NCBI GenBank assembly: GCA_049303675.1
Contig: JBAQNJ010000001.1
Span: forward strand, 890,001 to 954,000
DNA: 64,000 nt
Reading direction: 5' to 3'
From: Microgenomates group bacterium
Lineage (GTDB): Bacteria; Patescibacteriota; Microgenomatia; UBA12405
The position numbers were made by a program, and so were the translations under genes. Below, piece after piece: positions 1 through 9,103 of the stretch. The notes beneath the pieces are model-generated. The model made no database searches, was not told the DNA's origin, and was given only the letters and a program-made list of their open reading frames with translations. The stretch's first letter is position 1, and each line of letters begins with the position of its first letter.

Positions 1-483
1 GGTCGTGTTTCCCGTGCTTTTGCTATGATTCCGCTCTATGTTGAGGGATATGACATCCGCCGATTATTTTCGCTCGAAGAATATTTCGATCGCAACGCCG
101 AAGATTATTACAATACTATCCAATCTACCCATGTCCTCGCCTCAGATATTTTTCACCGTGATCTGACCAATTGGATTGCCTTTTTTACGGAGGCTTTGAG
201 TATCGAATTTACCCGTGTCAAGGAAAAAGTCCAATCACTCTCCCGCGATATCAAATTCAAACAAAAACTCGGCGGCAAACAAGTCCATCTCTCCGAACGT
301 CAAATAAAATTAGTGGAATATATGCAGCAATTCGGCGGCCTGCGCATGCCCGATGCCAAATCGCTCCTGCCGATGATTAGTGACGACACCATCTGGCGCG
401 ACCTCAAAAAACTAATTGATGATAAGGTCTGTGAAAAACGGGGGAGCACCAAGGGCGCCTATTACTGTCTGACAAATGTCTAG
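1..483 (+). CDS. Fic/DOC family protein, C-terminal portion (5' end runs off the window start)
   Basis: Frame is open from base 1; first residues GRVSRAF resemble the tail of the Fic HPFx[DE]GNGR motif, followed by a helical/winged-helix-like C-terminal region; stop at 481-483. Confidence 0.45.
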   Translation, partial: GRVSRAFAMIPLYVEGYDIRRLFSLEEYFDRNAEDYYNTIQSTHVLASDIFHRDLTNWIAFFTEALSIEFTRVKEKVQSLSRDIKFKQKLGGKQVHLSERQIKLVEYMQQFGGLRMPDAKSLLPMISDDTIWRDLKKLIDDKVCEKRGSTKGAYYCLTNV

Positions 484-484
484 C

Positions 485-829
485 TTAACCACTTCCCAGT
501 CTTGGTTTTTTCTTCTCTAAATGATATCTCTTTTCAACTATCATAACATTTCCGACTCTAGCAACAGTTATTACATCATCTGGTTGAGATAAATTAAGTT
601 CAAAATCATTCAAATCAAAATCTAATAGACTTTTCAGATTTGTTCTTTTTTTTAAAGTTGCTAGTGCCCCACCCAATTCCTTAAACTTTTCTTCGGCGTC
701 AGGAGCCTTATTATGATCAGGGTGATACTTCATTGCCAATCTCCGATAAGCTACCTTTATTTCTTCTTCATTTGCACCTGCATTTATTCCCAATATATCT
801 TCCGGTGTTTTTTTATTAAGTTTGGCCAT
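485..829 (-). CDS. J-domain protein (DnaJ-like, J domain only)
   Basis: 114 aa; [16 protein letters not shown] with the diagnostic HPD tripeptide; no G/F region, zinc finger or DnaJ C-terminal domains. Confidence 0.7.
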   Translation of the reverse strand: MAKLNKKTPEDILGINAGANEEEIKVAYRRLAMKYHPDHNKAPDAEEKFKELGGALATLKKRTNLKSLLDFDLNDFELNLSQPDDVITVARVGNVMIVEKRYHLEKKKPRLGSG

Positions 830-895
830 AATATACGCATATATTACACCCTATAATGTGATAAATCAATACGTCGACGCTACCCCAAACACTTT

Positions 896-1312
896 CTACC
901 TTTTCAATCCACCCCCAACCCCTCCTTTGACAAGGATGGGAGTTAGCTTATCCTTAACTAATTTCATATTATTCAAGACCTCATCATTTGTAAATCTAAT
1001 TGTATTAATTCCAATGCATTTTAGCCACTGATCCCTTAATCTATCTGTACCTTTTTTATTATCATGAGAATCTCCATCAACCTCAATCACCAAACTCAGT
1101 TCCGAACAATAAAAATCAGCAACAAATCTATACAGAGGTTTTTGTCTTAAAAACAAATAACCTGTTTGCTTATCTTTTAATGCAACATTCCATAACGTTT
1201 CTTCTGCTTTTGTTGGATTTTTTCTATTTACTCTTGCTACATTTTTCAGTTCTGGCCAATATCTAACAACCCCTCTTTCACTGTGAATCGCATCATCAAC
1301 AATATTTCCCAC
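896..1312 (-). CDS. DUF559 endonuclease-domain protein (Vsr/restriction-endonuclease-like fold)
   Basis: 138 aa; LFLRQKP..FVADFYC..LVIEVDGDSHD..DRLRDQWL..IRF motif series typical of DUF559; C-terminal GGVGGGLKR tail is encoded by the left inverted repeat. Confidence 0.7.
   Translation of the reverse strand: MGNIVDDAIHSERGVVRYWPELKNVARVNRKNPTKAEETLWNVALKDKQTGYLFLRQKPLYRFVADFYCSELSLVIEVDGDSHDNKKGTDRLRDQWLKCIGINTIRFTNDEVLNNMKLVKDKLTPILVKGGVGGGLKR
904..942. repeat. left arm of a ~39-bp imperfect inverted repeat bracketing the DUF559 gene
   Basis: tcaatccacccccaacccctcctttgacaaggatgggag is the reverse complement (about 35/39 matches) of 1331-1369. Confidence 0.75.
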
Positions 1313-1330
1313 AACAAATATTCTGCCTTT

Positions 1331-1369
1331 TTCCCCTCCTTGTCAAAGGAGGGGTTAGGGGAGGATTGA
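1331..1369. repeat. right arm of the inverted repeat bracketing the DUF559 gene
   Basis: ttcccctccttgtcaaaggaggggttaggggaggattga; reverse complement matches 904-942. Confidence 0.75.
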
Positions 1370-1396
1370 GACCAGTTAATTAAGCTATAATATCTC

Positions 1397-3292
1397 ATGC
1401 TCACCCTCTCTTCTCCTAAATTACAGAATCTTTCTGCTGAAGAAATTGGTGAGGTTTTAATCGCAGCCAAAAAGGCCTACTACACTACTGGCCGTCCCAT
1501 CATGGATGATCACACCTACGATACACTTGAAAAGATATTACATGAAAAATTACCCGATCATCGAATATTTACCAAAGTTGGCCACACTAACTTCGACACT
1601 GGTTTTGACAAAAAAACTCACGTCATGCCCATGGGATCACAAAACAAAGTTACCAATGTTACTGATTTAATTCACTATTTTGAATTAAAAAAAGTAAAAA
1701 TAACTGGTTTTGTTATTCAACCCAAATGTGACGGTATATCCGTCGAACTAGTTTACAAAAACGGCAAACTAGTCGACGCCATTACCCGAGGGGATGGATT
1801 GATAGGGGATGTGATTACTCAAAATGTCGTCAAATTTAAAAATTATGTAAATAATCCAAAAGATTTTACCGGCTCTGTCCGTTGTGAAATCATGGTGACA
1901 AAAGTTGATTTTAAAAAGTTGCCACCCGAATATTCCAATCCCCGTAACGCCGCCTCCGGTATCTCCCAACGGCTCGATTCCAAATACTGTGAATATTGTT
2001 CACTTTACGCCGTCGACATCTTTCCAAATTTATCAACAATTTTAGATGAAATAAATCTACTAAAAAATTTTGGTTTCACCACAGTCGAAACAACCTTATG
2101 TGAATCATTTGACCAAATCGAAAAAATTTATCAAGATTTTTTGACAAAAAAAAGAATTGATTATTCATTCGAAATTGATGGTTTAGTAATAAAAATTAAC
2201 GACAATAGGTTAGCCCAAAGCCTTGGTCAAAAAAATAATCGCCCCAAACATCAAGTCGCCTACAAATTTCCCGCCTCAACTAACACCTCCACTATATTAA
2301 ATATCGAGTGGCAGACAGGTCCCATGGGTGCCATTACTCCGGTGGCTCAAATTGAACCCATCGAATTATCCGGTGCCATCATCACTTTTGCCTCACTGGC
2401 CAATCACGATTTGATTATCAAAAAAAATATAAATATTGGCGATATTATCGAGGTCACTCGCCGTGGTGATGTCATCCCCCATATCGAAAAAGTCATTACC
2501 AAAGTTACTGAGGGCCATATCAATATTCCATCTCACTGTCCGTCGTGTAACACACTCTTAATCAAAGAATCAAAATTATTACGCTGTCCCAATACAATAA
2601 ATTGCCTATACCAAATTATTGGCTCACTCAATTTATTTTGCCACACTCTAGACATATTAGGATTATCGGACAAAACTATCGAAAAACTTTATCGTGCCAA
2701 AAAAATAATAACCCCAGGTGATTTTTACAAACTAAAGATTGAGGATATTGCTCCTCTCGATAATCTAGGTGACAAATCAGCCAAAAATATTATTACCCAA
2801 ATCAAAAATAAAAAAGAATTAACCCTAAAACAGGTGTTTGATAGCGCCATTATTCCCAATTTTTCTGGTGCTCGTATTCAACAATTGATAACCGAAGGTT
2901 ATAACACTCCCGATAAATTATTAAATTTAAATATAGACGAATTAATCAAAATCAAAGGCTTTCAAAAGACCCTTGCTCAAAAAATCATTGACGGAATTAA
3001 TTTACGCCATGATTGGATTGAATCAATTTTACAAAATGTTTCCCTCGTACGAACGCATCATGATGCGTTCCTACAAAATAAAACATTTTCCATCACTGGC
3101 ACTTTATCTCAACCAAGACAAAAATTAATTGAATTAATCGAAGCTAACGGCGGCAAATTTTTGTCCGCAGTTACCAGCAACACCAACTATTTAATTTGTA
3201 ATGAAAAATCTAATTCCGATAAATACCTATCAGCCATCAAACTAAACATACCTATTATCACCGAATCTGAATTTAGCACTCTCCTTACATAA
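1397..3292 (+). CDS. ligA: NAD-dependent DNA ligase LigA
   Basis: 631 aa; adenylation KxDG motif (KCDGISVE), OB fold, Cys4 zinc finger, HhH and C-terminal BRCT in canonical order. Confidence 0.93.
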   Translation: MLTLSSPKLQNLSAEEIGEVLIAAKKAYYTTGRPIMDDHTYDTLEKILHEKLPDHRIFTKVGHTNFDTGFDKKTHVMPMGSQNKVTNVTDLIHYFELKKVKITGFVIQPKCDGISVELVYKNGKLVDAITRGDGLIGDVITQNVVKFKNYVNNPKDFTGSVRCEIMVTKVDFKKLPPEYSNPRNAASGISQRLDSKYCEYCSLYAVDIFPNLSTILDEINLLKNFGFTTVETTLCESFDQIEKIYQDFLTKKRIDYSFEIDGLVIKINDNRLAQSLGQKNNRPKHQVAYKFPASTNTSTILNIEWQTGPMGAITPVAQIEPIELSGAIITFASLANHDLIIKKNINIGDIIEVTRRGDVIPHIEKVITKVTEGHINIPSHCPSCNTLLIKESKLLRCPNTINCLYQIIGSLNLFCHTLDILGLSDKTIEKLYRAKKIITPGDFYKLKIEDIAPLDNLGDKSAKNIITQIKNKKELTLKQVFDSAIIPNFSGARIQQLITEGYNTPDKLLNLNIDELIKIKGFQKTLAQKIIDGINLRHDWIESILQNVSLVRTHHDAFLQNKTFSITGTLSQPRQKLIELIEANGGKFLSAVTSNTNYLICNEKSNSDKYLSAIKLNIPIITESEFSTLLT

Positions 3293-3352
3293 CTGCTAAC
3301 TACTATATCAAAATAAATACATGCTATCCTTAGGCTATCTTTATACATCAAT

Positions 3353-3577
3353 CTATTTCAAATCAACTCTTTTACCATCTTTTTCCTCTTTCTTTTCATC
3401 TAGCCTCAAAACATCAGCAGTTTCCAGCAAAGATCTTCCTGGTCGATTAAAATAATATATTCCTTTCCCTATTTTTGAAATTCCAAGTCCGCGCACAAAT
3501 TTTGACTCAGCTTTATTCTTAACTTCATCTGTAAATTTTTTTATTGCTACCAGTACTGGAATTTCTTTTAACTTCAT
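3353..3577 (-). CDS. hypothetical small basic protein
   Basis: Track ORF 3353..3670 trimmed to the internal Met (MKLKEIPV...) so it no longer overlaps the pth start; no recognisable domain. Confidence 0.3.
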   Translation of the reverse strand: MKLKEIPVLVAIKKFTDEVKNKAESKFVRGLGISKIGKGIYYFNRPGRSLLETADVLRLDEKKEEKDGKRVDLK

Positions 3578-3598
3578 AACTATATTATACTCTCTAAT

Positions 3599-4060
3599 AT
3601 GAAATATTTTTTTGGTCTCGGTAACCCAGGCAAGCAGTACGAAAAAACTCGCCACAATGTTGGCCATCAATTTATTGCCAAGCTCAAATCTCTTGAACTA
3701 CCCCACACCAAACTAGAAACCAATAATAGTTTTATGAACGAATCTGGTTTATCCGCTCAACAGTTTGTTCATTTTTATAAAATTGATTTAAATAACTTTT
3801 ATTTAGTCCACGACGATCTCGACTTACCAGCAGGGGAGTACCGGATGCAATTCGACAGGGGACCCGCCGGCCATCATGGAGTCGAGTCGGTAATCGCCCA
3901 TCTAGGTACCCAAGCTTTCAATCGCATTCGAATCGGCATTGGCAAACCGCCAGAGCATATTGCTGTTGAGGATTATGTTCTCCAAAAGTTTACTGCCAAT
4001 GAAAAAATGATAATTGACCAAACTATTGATAAAATACTATTAGAAATTACCAATATCTAA
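3599..4060 (+). CDS. pth: peptidyl-tRNA hydrolase
   Basis: 153 aa; N-terminal GLGNPG...Y..TRHNVG Pth signature and catalytic His region. Confidence 0.9.
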   Translation: MKYFFGLGNPGKQYEKTRHNVGHQFIAKLKSLELPHTKLETNNSFMNESGLSAQQFVHFYKIDLNNFYLVHDDLDLPAGEYRMQFDRGPAGHHGVESVIAHLGTQAFNRIRIGIGKPPEHIAVEDYVLQKFTANEKMIIDQTIDKILLEITNI

Positions 4061-4137
4061 TTTTTATTTGAGATTTGTTATTTTGAATTTGGAGCTTGCT
4101 TGGAAATTGAAAATTGGTTATTGGATATTTTCCAAAT

Positions 4138-4208
4138 GGGCTTATAGTTAAACGGTATAACACGTCATTCGCATTGACGCATTAAGGGTTCAATTCCCTT
4201 TAAGTCCA
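4138..4208 (+). tRNA. tRNA-Ala (anticodon CGC)
   Basis: Manual cloverleaf: acceptor GGGCTTA/TAAGTCC with G3:U70 alanine identity pair, anticodon loop TTCGCAT, T-arm AAGGG-TTCAATT-CCCTT; CCA not encoded. Confidence 0.8.
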
Positions 4209-4287
4209 CAATCTTTCTAACTATTCAATTTTACAGTTATCGTCAGATTACCGCCAAAACATAAGAATATTCTTCCCTATTAATATA

Positions 4288-4611
4288 GTGACCTACTTTT
4301 GGAGTAGAATAGCCATTATGCGTTCATCTCCTCCGACACCTATATCCGACACTCTCTTTAAATTAACCGACAAGATATTGAAGCGCAAAAAATATGTCAA
4401 AAATGAATTTCAAGCCTTTGGACTTCAACTTGCCGAAGAATTAGATGATTGGAAAAACCGTTCACTCTATATTCGTCTGGCCAAAAACACCCCTCGCCCC
4501 ACGCTCGAAACCGCCCTTTATTTTGTCAAAGACCACAACCCTGGAGCTGTCAAATCCAAGGGCAAATTATTTATGTGGAAGCTCAAGGAACTCAAAAAAA
4601 GTCAATTATAA
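4288..4611 (+). CDS. hypothetical protein
   Basis: 107-aa ORF between tRNA-Ala and the efflux operon; true start may be the internal Met at about 4318; no recognisable domain. Confidence 0.35.
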   Translation: MTYFWSRIAIMRSSPPTPISDTLFKLTDKILKRKKYVKNEFQAFGLQLAEELDDWKNRSLYIRLAKNTPRPTLETALYFVKDHNPGAVKSKGKLFMWKLKELKKSQL

Positions 4612-4627
4612 GGTATAATAGTCATCG

Positions 4628-5668
4628 ATGTCCAAACTCAAAAATCTTCTTATTATTATCGCTATAGTTCTGGGAGTTGCCCTCATTTTACCCCAGACTA
4701 AAGCTGCCTCAACTACTACCCAAAAATACAACTCCAAAAAAGACACCCTTTACACCCCTAAAATAGACACCATTACTGAAACCCTAGTCTTAGCCGGCTC
4801 CATTTCCACCGACCAAATCGCCTCGGTTCGTTTTCAAAACTCCGGTAAATTAGTTTGGGTAGGTGTCAAGGTGGGGGATCATGTTCGTCGCGGTCAAGCT
4901 CTCGCCAGTATCGACAAGTCCGAACTTCGCAAAAATTTAGCTACCCAGTTCAACAATTATCGCACTCAACTATCTCAATTCAACGATACCCAAGAAACTT
5001 ATAAAAAAACCAAAGAAAATTTTCTCGTCACCGACACCATCCAGAGAATTCTCGATCGTACCCAATATTCTCTTGATAACTCGGTTATTAATTACGAACT
5101 AACCGACATGGCCATCAAGGAAGCCACTGTAGTTAGCCCCATCGATGGTGTAGTTACTAGTATGGATCAACCATTTGCCGGTTCCAATATTACTCCAGCC
5201 TCTGCCACCATTACTGTCATCAATCCCAGCCATTTATATTTCCGCTCCGACATCGATCAAGAAGCAGTTACCCGAGTCAAAATAGGCCAGCCTGTCACTC
5301 TCACCCTCGATAGTTTTCCCGACAAAGAAATCAATTCCCATATTAATTTCATTTCCTTCACTCCTATCGCTGGTCAAACATCCACCCTCTATGAAATTAG
5401 ATTCGACCTACCTCTCGGTAATAATCAAGATCTAAATTATCGTATAGGCATGGATGGTGATACCAATATTGTTCTCTCTTCTGCCAACTCAGCTCTGACT
5501 ATTCCTACAGACGCCGTCGGTGACGATAATGGCCAGAGATTTGTTTATCTCAAAAAAGGCAACGAACTAGTCCGCCAAAATATTAAAACAGCTATCGAAA
5601 ACGACATCTCCACTCAAGTTATAGAAGGACTAAATCAAAATGACCAAGTTGCTGTCATCCAAAAATAA
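4628..5668 (+). CDS. efflux transporter periplasmic adaptor subunit (HlyD/MacA-like membrane fusion protein)
   Basis: 346 aa; N-terminal signal anchor, lipoyl-like VKVGDHVRRGQALASID hairpin motif, beta-barrel region; directly upstream of the ABC ATPase and permease. Confidence 0.75.
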   Translation: MSKLKNLLIIIAIVLGVALILPQTKAASTTTQKYNSKKDTLYTPKIDTITETLVLAGSISTDQIASVRFQNSGKLVWVGVKVGDHVRRGQALASIDKSELRKNLATQFNNYRTQLSQFNDTQETYKKTKENFLVTDTIQRILDRTQYSLDNSVINYELTDMAIKEATVVSPIDGVVTSMDQPFAGSNITPASATITVINPSHLYFRSDIDQEAVTRVKIGQPVTLTLDSFPDKEINSHINFISFTPIAGQTSTLYEIRFDLPLGNNQDLNYRIGMDGDTNIVLSSANSALTIPTDAVGDDNGQRFVYLKKGNELVRQNIKTAIENDISTQVIEGLNQNDQVAVIQK

Positions 5669-6356
5669 ACCAACAAATGTGGTTTTAGAATTACGTAACG
5701 TGGTCAAGACCTATACCTCTGGCAACACTATCTTCAATGCCCTCGATGGTGTCTCCCTTCAAATCCATGAGGGTGAGTTTGTCTCGATTACTGGGCCATC
5801 TGGATCAGGCAAGTCAACTCTGATGCATATTATTGGCTTACTCGACAACCCAACTTCAGGCGATGTCCTTCTCGAAGATAGAAATATCTCTCGCCTCAAT
5901 GAAACCCAAATGGCTCAGATCCGCAATGTTACTCTCGGTTTTGTCTTCCAACAGTTCAATTTATTAGCCAAAACCTCTGCCCTCGAAAATGTTCAACTAC
6001 CCTTAATTTATTCGGATATTCCCAAATCCCAACACGATCAGCTCGGTGTCAAAATGTTGACTAAGGTTGGTCTCGAATCGAAATTAAAAAACACCCCCGC
6101 CCAGCTGTCAGGTGGCCAACAGCAAAGAGTGGCTATTGCTAGAGCCCTAATTAATGATCCCAAAATAATTTTGGCCGACGAGCCCACCGGCAATCTCGAT
6201 TCAAAGTCCGGCAAAGATGTCATGGACTTATTTCATCATTTGAATGAGTCTGAGGGCAGAACCATTGTTTTAGTTACCCATGATATGGACCTAGCTCGAC
6301 AAGCCAATAGAATTATTATTATTAAAGACGGTAAAGTTACCACTCAAAATGTTTAG
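5640..6356 (+). CDS. ABC transporter ATP-binding protein (MacB/LolD-like)
   Basis: Walker [13 protein letters not shown] signature [15 protein letters not shown], Walker [12 protein letters not shown]. Confidence 0.9.
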   Translation: MTKLLSSKNKPTNVVLELRNVVKTYTSGNTIFNALDGVSLQIHEGEFVSITGPSGSGKSTLMHIIGLLDNPTSGDVLLEDRNISRLNETQMAQIRNVTLGFVFQQFNLLAKTSALENVQLPLIYSDIPKSQHDQLGVKMLTKVGLESKLKNTPAQLSGGQQQRVAIARALINDPKIILADEPTGNLDSKSGKDVMDLFHHLNESEGRTIVLVTHDMDLARQANRIIIIKDGKVTTQNV

Positions 6357-7584
6357 ACTCAAACCTCCGCTTAGTGTCCTTTTCAAAAGCAGTCTCCGTT
6401 CTATTCTCAAAAACAAGGGCCGAACTATTCTCACCTCACTGGGAATTATCATCGGCGTTACTTCAGTTATATTACTTACTTCGATCGGTAACGGTCTCAA
6501 AATTTATATTAGCCAACAATTCGAAAGTTTGGGAGCCAACACAGTTTTTATAGCTCCTGGCAAACTCTTCAACGACAAGGGAGGATTCAGTGGACAGGGT
6601 GGGGGAGCTGGTCGATTTATTTCTACTAGTTTTAGTCTTACTGATATTTCTTCACTCAAAAGATCTGTTAGGGGAACAACTATTGTTCCTGTATCTGTTT
6701 CCTCTGCCGAGGTCAAGTCGAGCAAGACCACCAAAAGTGATGTCTCAGTAGTTGGATCTAGCTATCAATATGGTGTCAGTGCCAATTATTTGCCATCAGC
6801 TGGTAATGGTCGCTGGTTCAGCAGAGAAGAGGAAGACAAAAAAGCCGATGTAGTTATATTAGGCTATACCCTAGCCAATGACTTGTTTCCGAGCAGTAGT
6901 GCTCTCGGTAAAAAAATAATTATCAAGAGCAAAAATATGAAGGTTATCGGTGTGCTCGATAAGAAGGGAGCGAGTTTTGGAGGGCCAGACGTAGATCAAT
7001 ATGTTTTCACTCCAATTGGCAATGTCTTCGACTTCAACGGTGATCAAAAGGTCAACCAAATTCTCATCAAAACTCAGGACAAAAATGAAGTCGCCCAAAC
7101 AAAAATCGACATCAACAAACTCATGCTCAAAAAATATGACAAGGACTCCTTTACTGTTTTTGACAGCAGCCAATTGTTGTCGAGTATTAACTCCATTATA
7201 GGTACTCTCACTGTTGGTTTGGCTGGCATCGCCGCCATATCTCTGATTGTCGGCGGCATCGGTATTATGAACATTATGCTGGTCACAGTATCCGAGAGAA
7301 CTAGGGAAATCGGTTTGCGTAAGGCAATTGGTGCCTATCCTCGGGCCATACTAATTCAATTCTTAATCGAAGCCATTATTTTATCTTGTTTAGGGGGTTT
7401 TATAGGTATTGGTTTAGGGTGGCTGGGATCTCTCGGAATCAACAATTTTTTCCCAGCCAGAGTCACTCTGAGTTCTGTGCTAATTGCTTTTGGCGTCTCG
7501 GCCATGGTTGGAATTATTTTTGGAGTTGCCCCTGCCCGCAAAGCCAGCAAACTTTCCCCCATCGAAGCCCTCCGATACGAATAA
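6349..7584 (+). CDS. ABC transporter permease, FtsX/MacB-type
   Basis: 411 aa; N-terminal TM helix, large periplasmic domain, C-terminal FtsX-like 3-TM bundle; start overlaps the ATPase stop. Confidence 0.8.
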   Translation: MFRLKPPLSVLFKSSLRSILKNKGRTILTSLGIIIGVTSVILLTSIGNGLKIYISQQFESLGANTVFIAPGKLFNDKGGFSGQGGGAGRFISTSFSLTDISSLKRSVRGTTIVPVSVSSAEVKSSKTTKSDVSVVGSSYQYGVSANYLPSAGNGRWFSREEEDKKADVVILGYTLANDLFPSSSALGKKIIIKSKNMKVIGVLDKKGASFGGPDVDQYVFTPIGNVFDFNGDQKVNQILIKTQDKNEVAQTKIDINKLMLKKYDKDSFTVFDSSQLLSSINSIIGTLTVGLAGIAAISLIVGGIGIMNIMLVTVSERTREIGLRKAIGAYPRAILIQFLIEAIILSCLGGFIGIGLGWLGSLGINNFFPARVTLSSVLIAFGVSAMVGIIFGVAPARKASKLSPIEALRYE

Positions 7585-7788
7585 TTATGGCAACCTAACT
7601 ACACGGTGAAACTTGAAATCTGGTTCTGAAACCACCAGTACCTTCTCCTTTCTCAAACTCAAAGTTATTTCTTCAGCATCCTCACAACTAATCCTCTTTC
7701 CCAATCCTTTTTCAATAGCTATCCACAAATTGACAGGGTCATAATTTTTACCTAATTCAATCGAGTTCAATATTTTTCCTGATATCAT
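7585..7788 (-). CDS. hypothetical small protein
   Basis: 67-aa ORF converging on the efflux operon end; no recognisable motif. Confidence 0.3.
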   Translation of the reverse strand: MISGKILNSIELGKNYDPVNLWIAIEKGLGKRISCEDAEEITLSLRKEKVLVVSEPDFKFHRVVRLP

Positions 7789-7830
7789 TCCCGATTATAA
7801 CACCAAAATCTTTTCTGCTAATATTAATAT

Positions 7831-8394
7831 GTGACCAGTGAAACCAAAAAATTCGTGTTGCCACTTTTTGCTATTTATTTTTTAACTGCACTTTATTGGT
7901 TCTTCTTCAAAGTACCTTACTATCAATATCTATTTCTCTTCCTCGGACTCACTACCGGTGCCTATTTTCTCGATCTCGATCACCTCATTTACTGGCTCTA
8001 TACCAATCCCCATACCGAAGAAAGTCGGTTGGCTCGCCTAGCCATATTTAAATATGATTTTCGTTCTGTCGTAAAACTTATCCAATCAACTCAATACCAA
8101 CACACCAGCCTTATATTTCACCACTTTTTTTTCCAGGTAGTTGTCTCCCTCATTTCTTTTTTTGTGTTTACCAGTAGCGACAATATTTTTGGGATGGCTT
8201 TTCTACTCGCCATCAATTCTCATCTCTTAATTCACGAATATCATGATTACCGTTTTAGTCCACTCCAACTACAAGATTGGCTCTTCGCCCGAGAAGAAAG
8301 ACAGCTTCCGGCAAATTATCTAGGTAAATATATCGCTGTTTTTATGGTTCTTAACCTTTTATTTTTCATACTACTTCTTCGATCTGTCACATGA
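7831..8394 (+). CDS. hypothetical integral membrane protein
   Basis: 187 aa with 4-5 hydrophobic helices; stop overlaps the next start (ATGA at 8391-8394), indicating translational coupling. Confidence 0.5.
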   Translation: MTSETKKFVLPLFAIYFLTALYWFFFKVPYYQYLFLFLGLTTGAYFLDLDHLIYWLYTNPHTEESRLARLAIFKYDFRSVVKLIQSTQYQHTSLIFHHFFFQVVVSLISFFVFTSSDNIFGMAFLLAINSHLLIHEYHDYRFSPLQLQDWLFAREERQLPANYLGKYIAVFMVLNLLFFILLLRSVT

Positions 8395-8897
8395 GCCAAC
8401 TGACTACCAGTGTTTTTTTGGAAGCAAAAAAATATCTCAACAAAAACCAAGACGAGCTGTTGACCGACGTTGAAATTGTTCTCAATCGACTCAAAAACTT
8501 TGACCATATCAGTGATTATTCATTTTTGGTTGCCCCCATTTCCAAAGCCTATGAAGGCTATCTCAAAGATTTTTTTTTGGAACTGAAAATTATTGACCAA
8601 TATAGTTACGATAGTGATCGTTTCCGCGTTGGTAAAACCCTCAACCCCTCACTCCGCTACAAAAGATTTTCCGTTTTTCAAAAATTAGCTGAGTTAGATG
8701 ACAAAGGAGAAGAGATTGCCGAATTACTCTGGGATGCTTGGAAACATGGACGTAATGAAATATTTCACTATTTTCCCAACGATCTCCATAATCTCACTCG
8801 AGACGATGCAGAAAACAGAATTTATTTGGTACTCAGCGCTATTATTAAATCTGGTGAGTTTAGACGTCAAAACTCCAAAGGCATAGATCTGTTATAA
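8391..8897 (+). CDS. hypothetical protein with HEPN-like Rx4H motif
   Basis: 168 aa, mostly helical; WKHGRNEIFHY contains an R-x4-H motif of the kind seen in HEPN RNase domains; a weak call. Confidence 0.4.
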   Translation: MSQLTTSVFLEAKKYLNKNQDELLTDVEIVLNRLKNFDHISDYSFLVAPISKAYEGYLKDFFLELKIIDQYSYDSDRFRVGKTLNPSLRYKRFSVFQKLAELDDKGEEIAELLWDAWKHGRNEIFHYFPNDLHNLTRDDAENRIYLVLSAIIKSGEFRRQNSKGIDLL

Positions 8898-8905
8898 TAT
8901 CCATC

Positions 8906-9103
8906 ATGACCAAAAAGGCTATAGTTGATCCAGACAAATGTATCGGTTGTAATACCTGTCCATTAATTGATCCAGATACATTTGAGATGGATAATGTTTC
9001 CTACAAAGCCATAGTCAAAACAACCGCTCCTCCAGTTAACGACAAAACCGAAATGGCATGTACTTCTTGTCCGGTAAATGCTATTAGCATTGTCGAAGGT
9101 TAA
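8906..9103 (+). CDS. ferredoxin (single-cluster [4Fe-4S]/[3Fe-4S] type)
   Basis: 65 aa; CIGCNTCP...CTSCPV cysteine arrangement typical of small Fe-S ferredoxins. Confidence 0.8.
   Translation: MTKKAIVDPDKCIGCNTCPLIDPDTFEMDNVSYKAIVKTTAPPVNDKTEMACTSCPVNAISIVEG

Noticed and set aside
171-380. Plus/minus-strand ORFs of 60-120 aa lying wholly inside longer genes on the opposite strand or frame (e.g. 171..380, 822..1031, 1769..1969, 6038..6223, 10181..10408, 11452..11706, 12044..12316, 18357..18707, 19877..20215, 20556..21020, 31759..32418, 35574..36289, 40509..40862, 51335..51730, 53456..53830, 56346..57003)
   Set aside because: Each is nested in or antisense to a gene with a recognisable product or a much longer ORF. 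They are shadow ORFs, as expected in AT-rich DNA.
3353-3670. 105-aa ORF overlapping the pth start on the opposite strand
   Set aside because: The N-terminal 31 codons overlap pth and its upstream region. I trimmed to the internal Met at 3577 and kept only a low-confidence 74-aa call.
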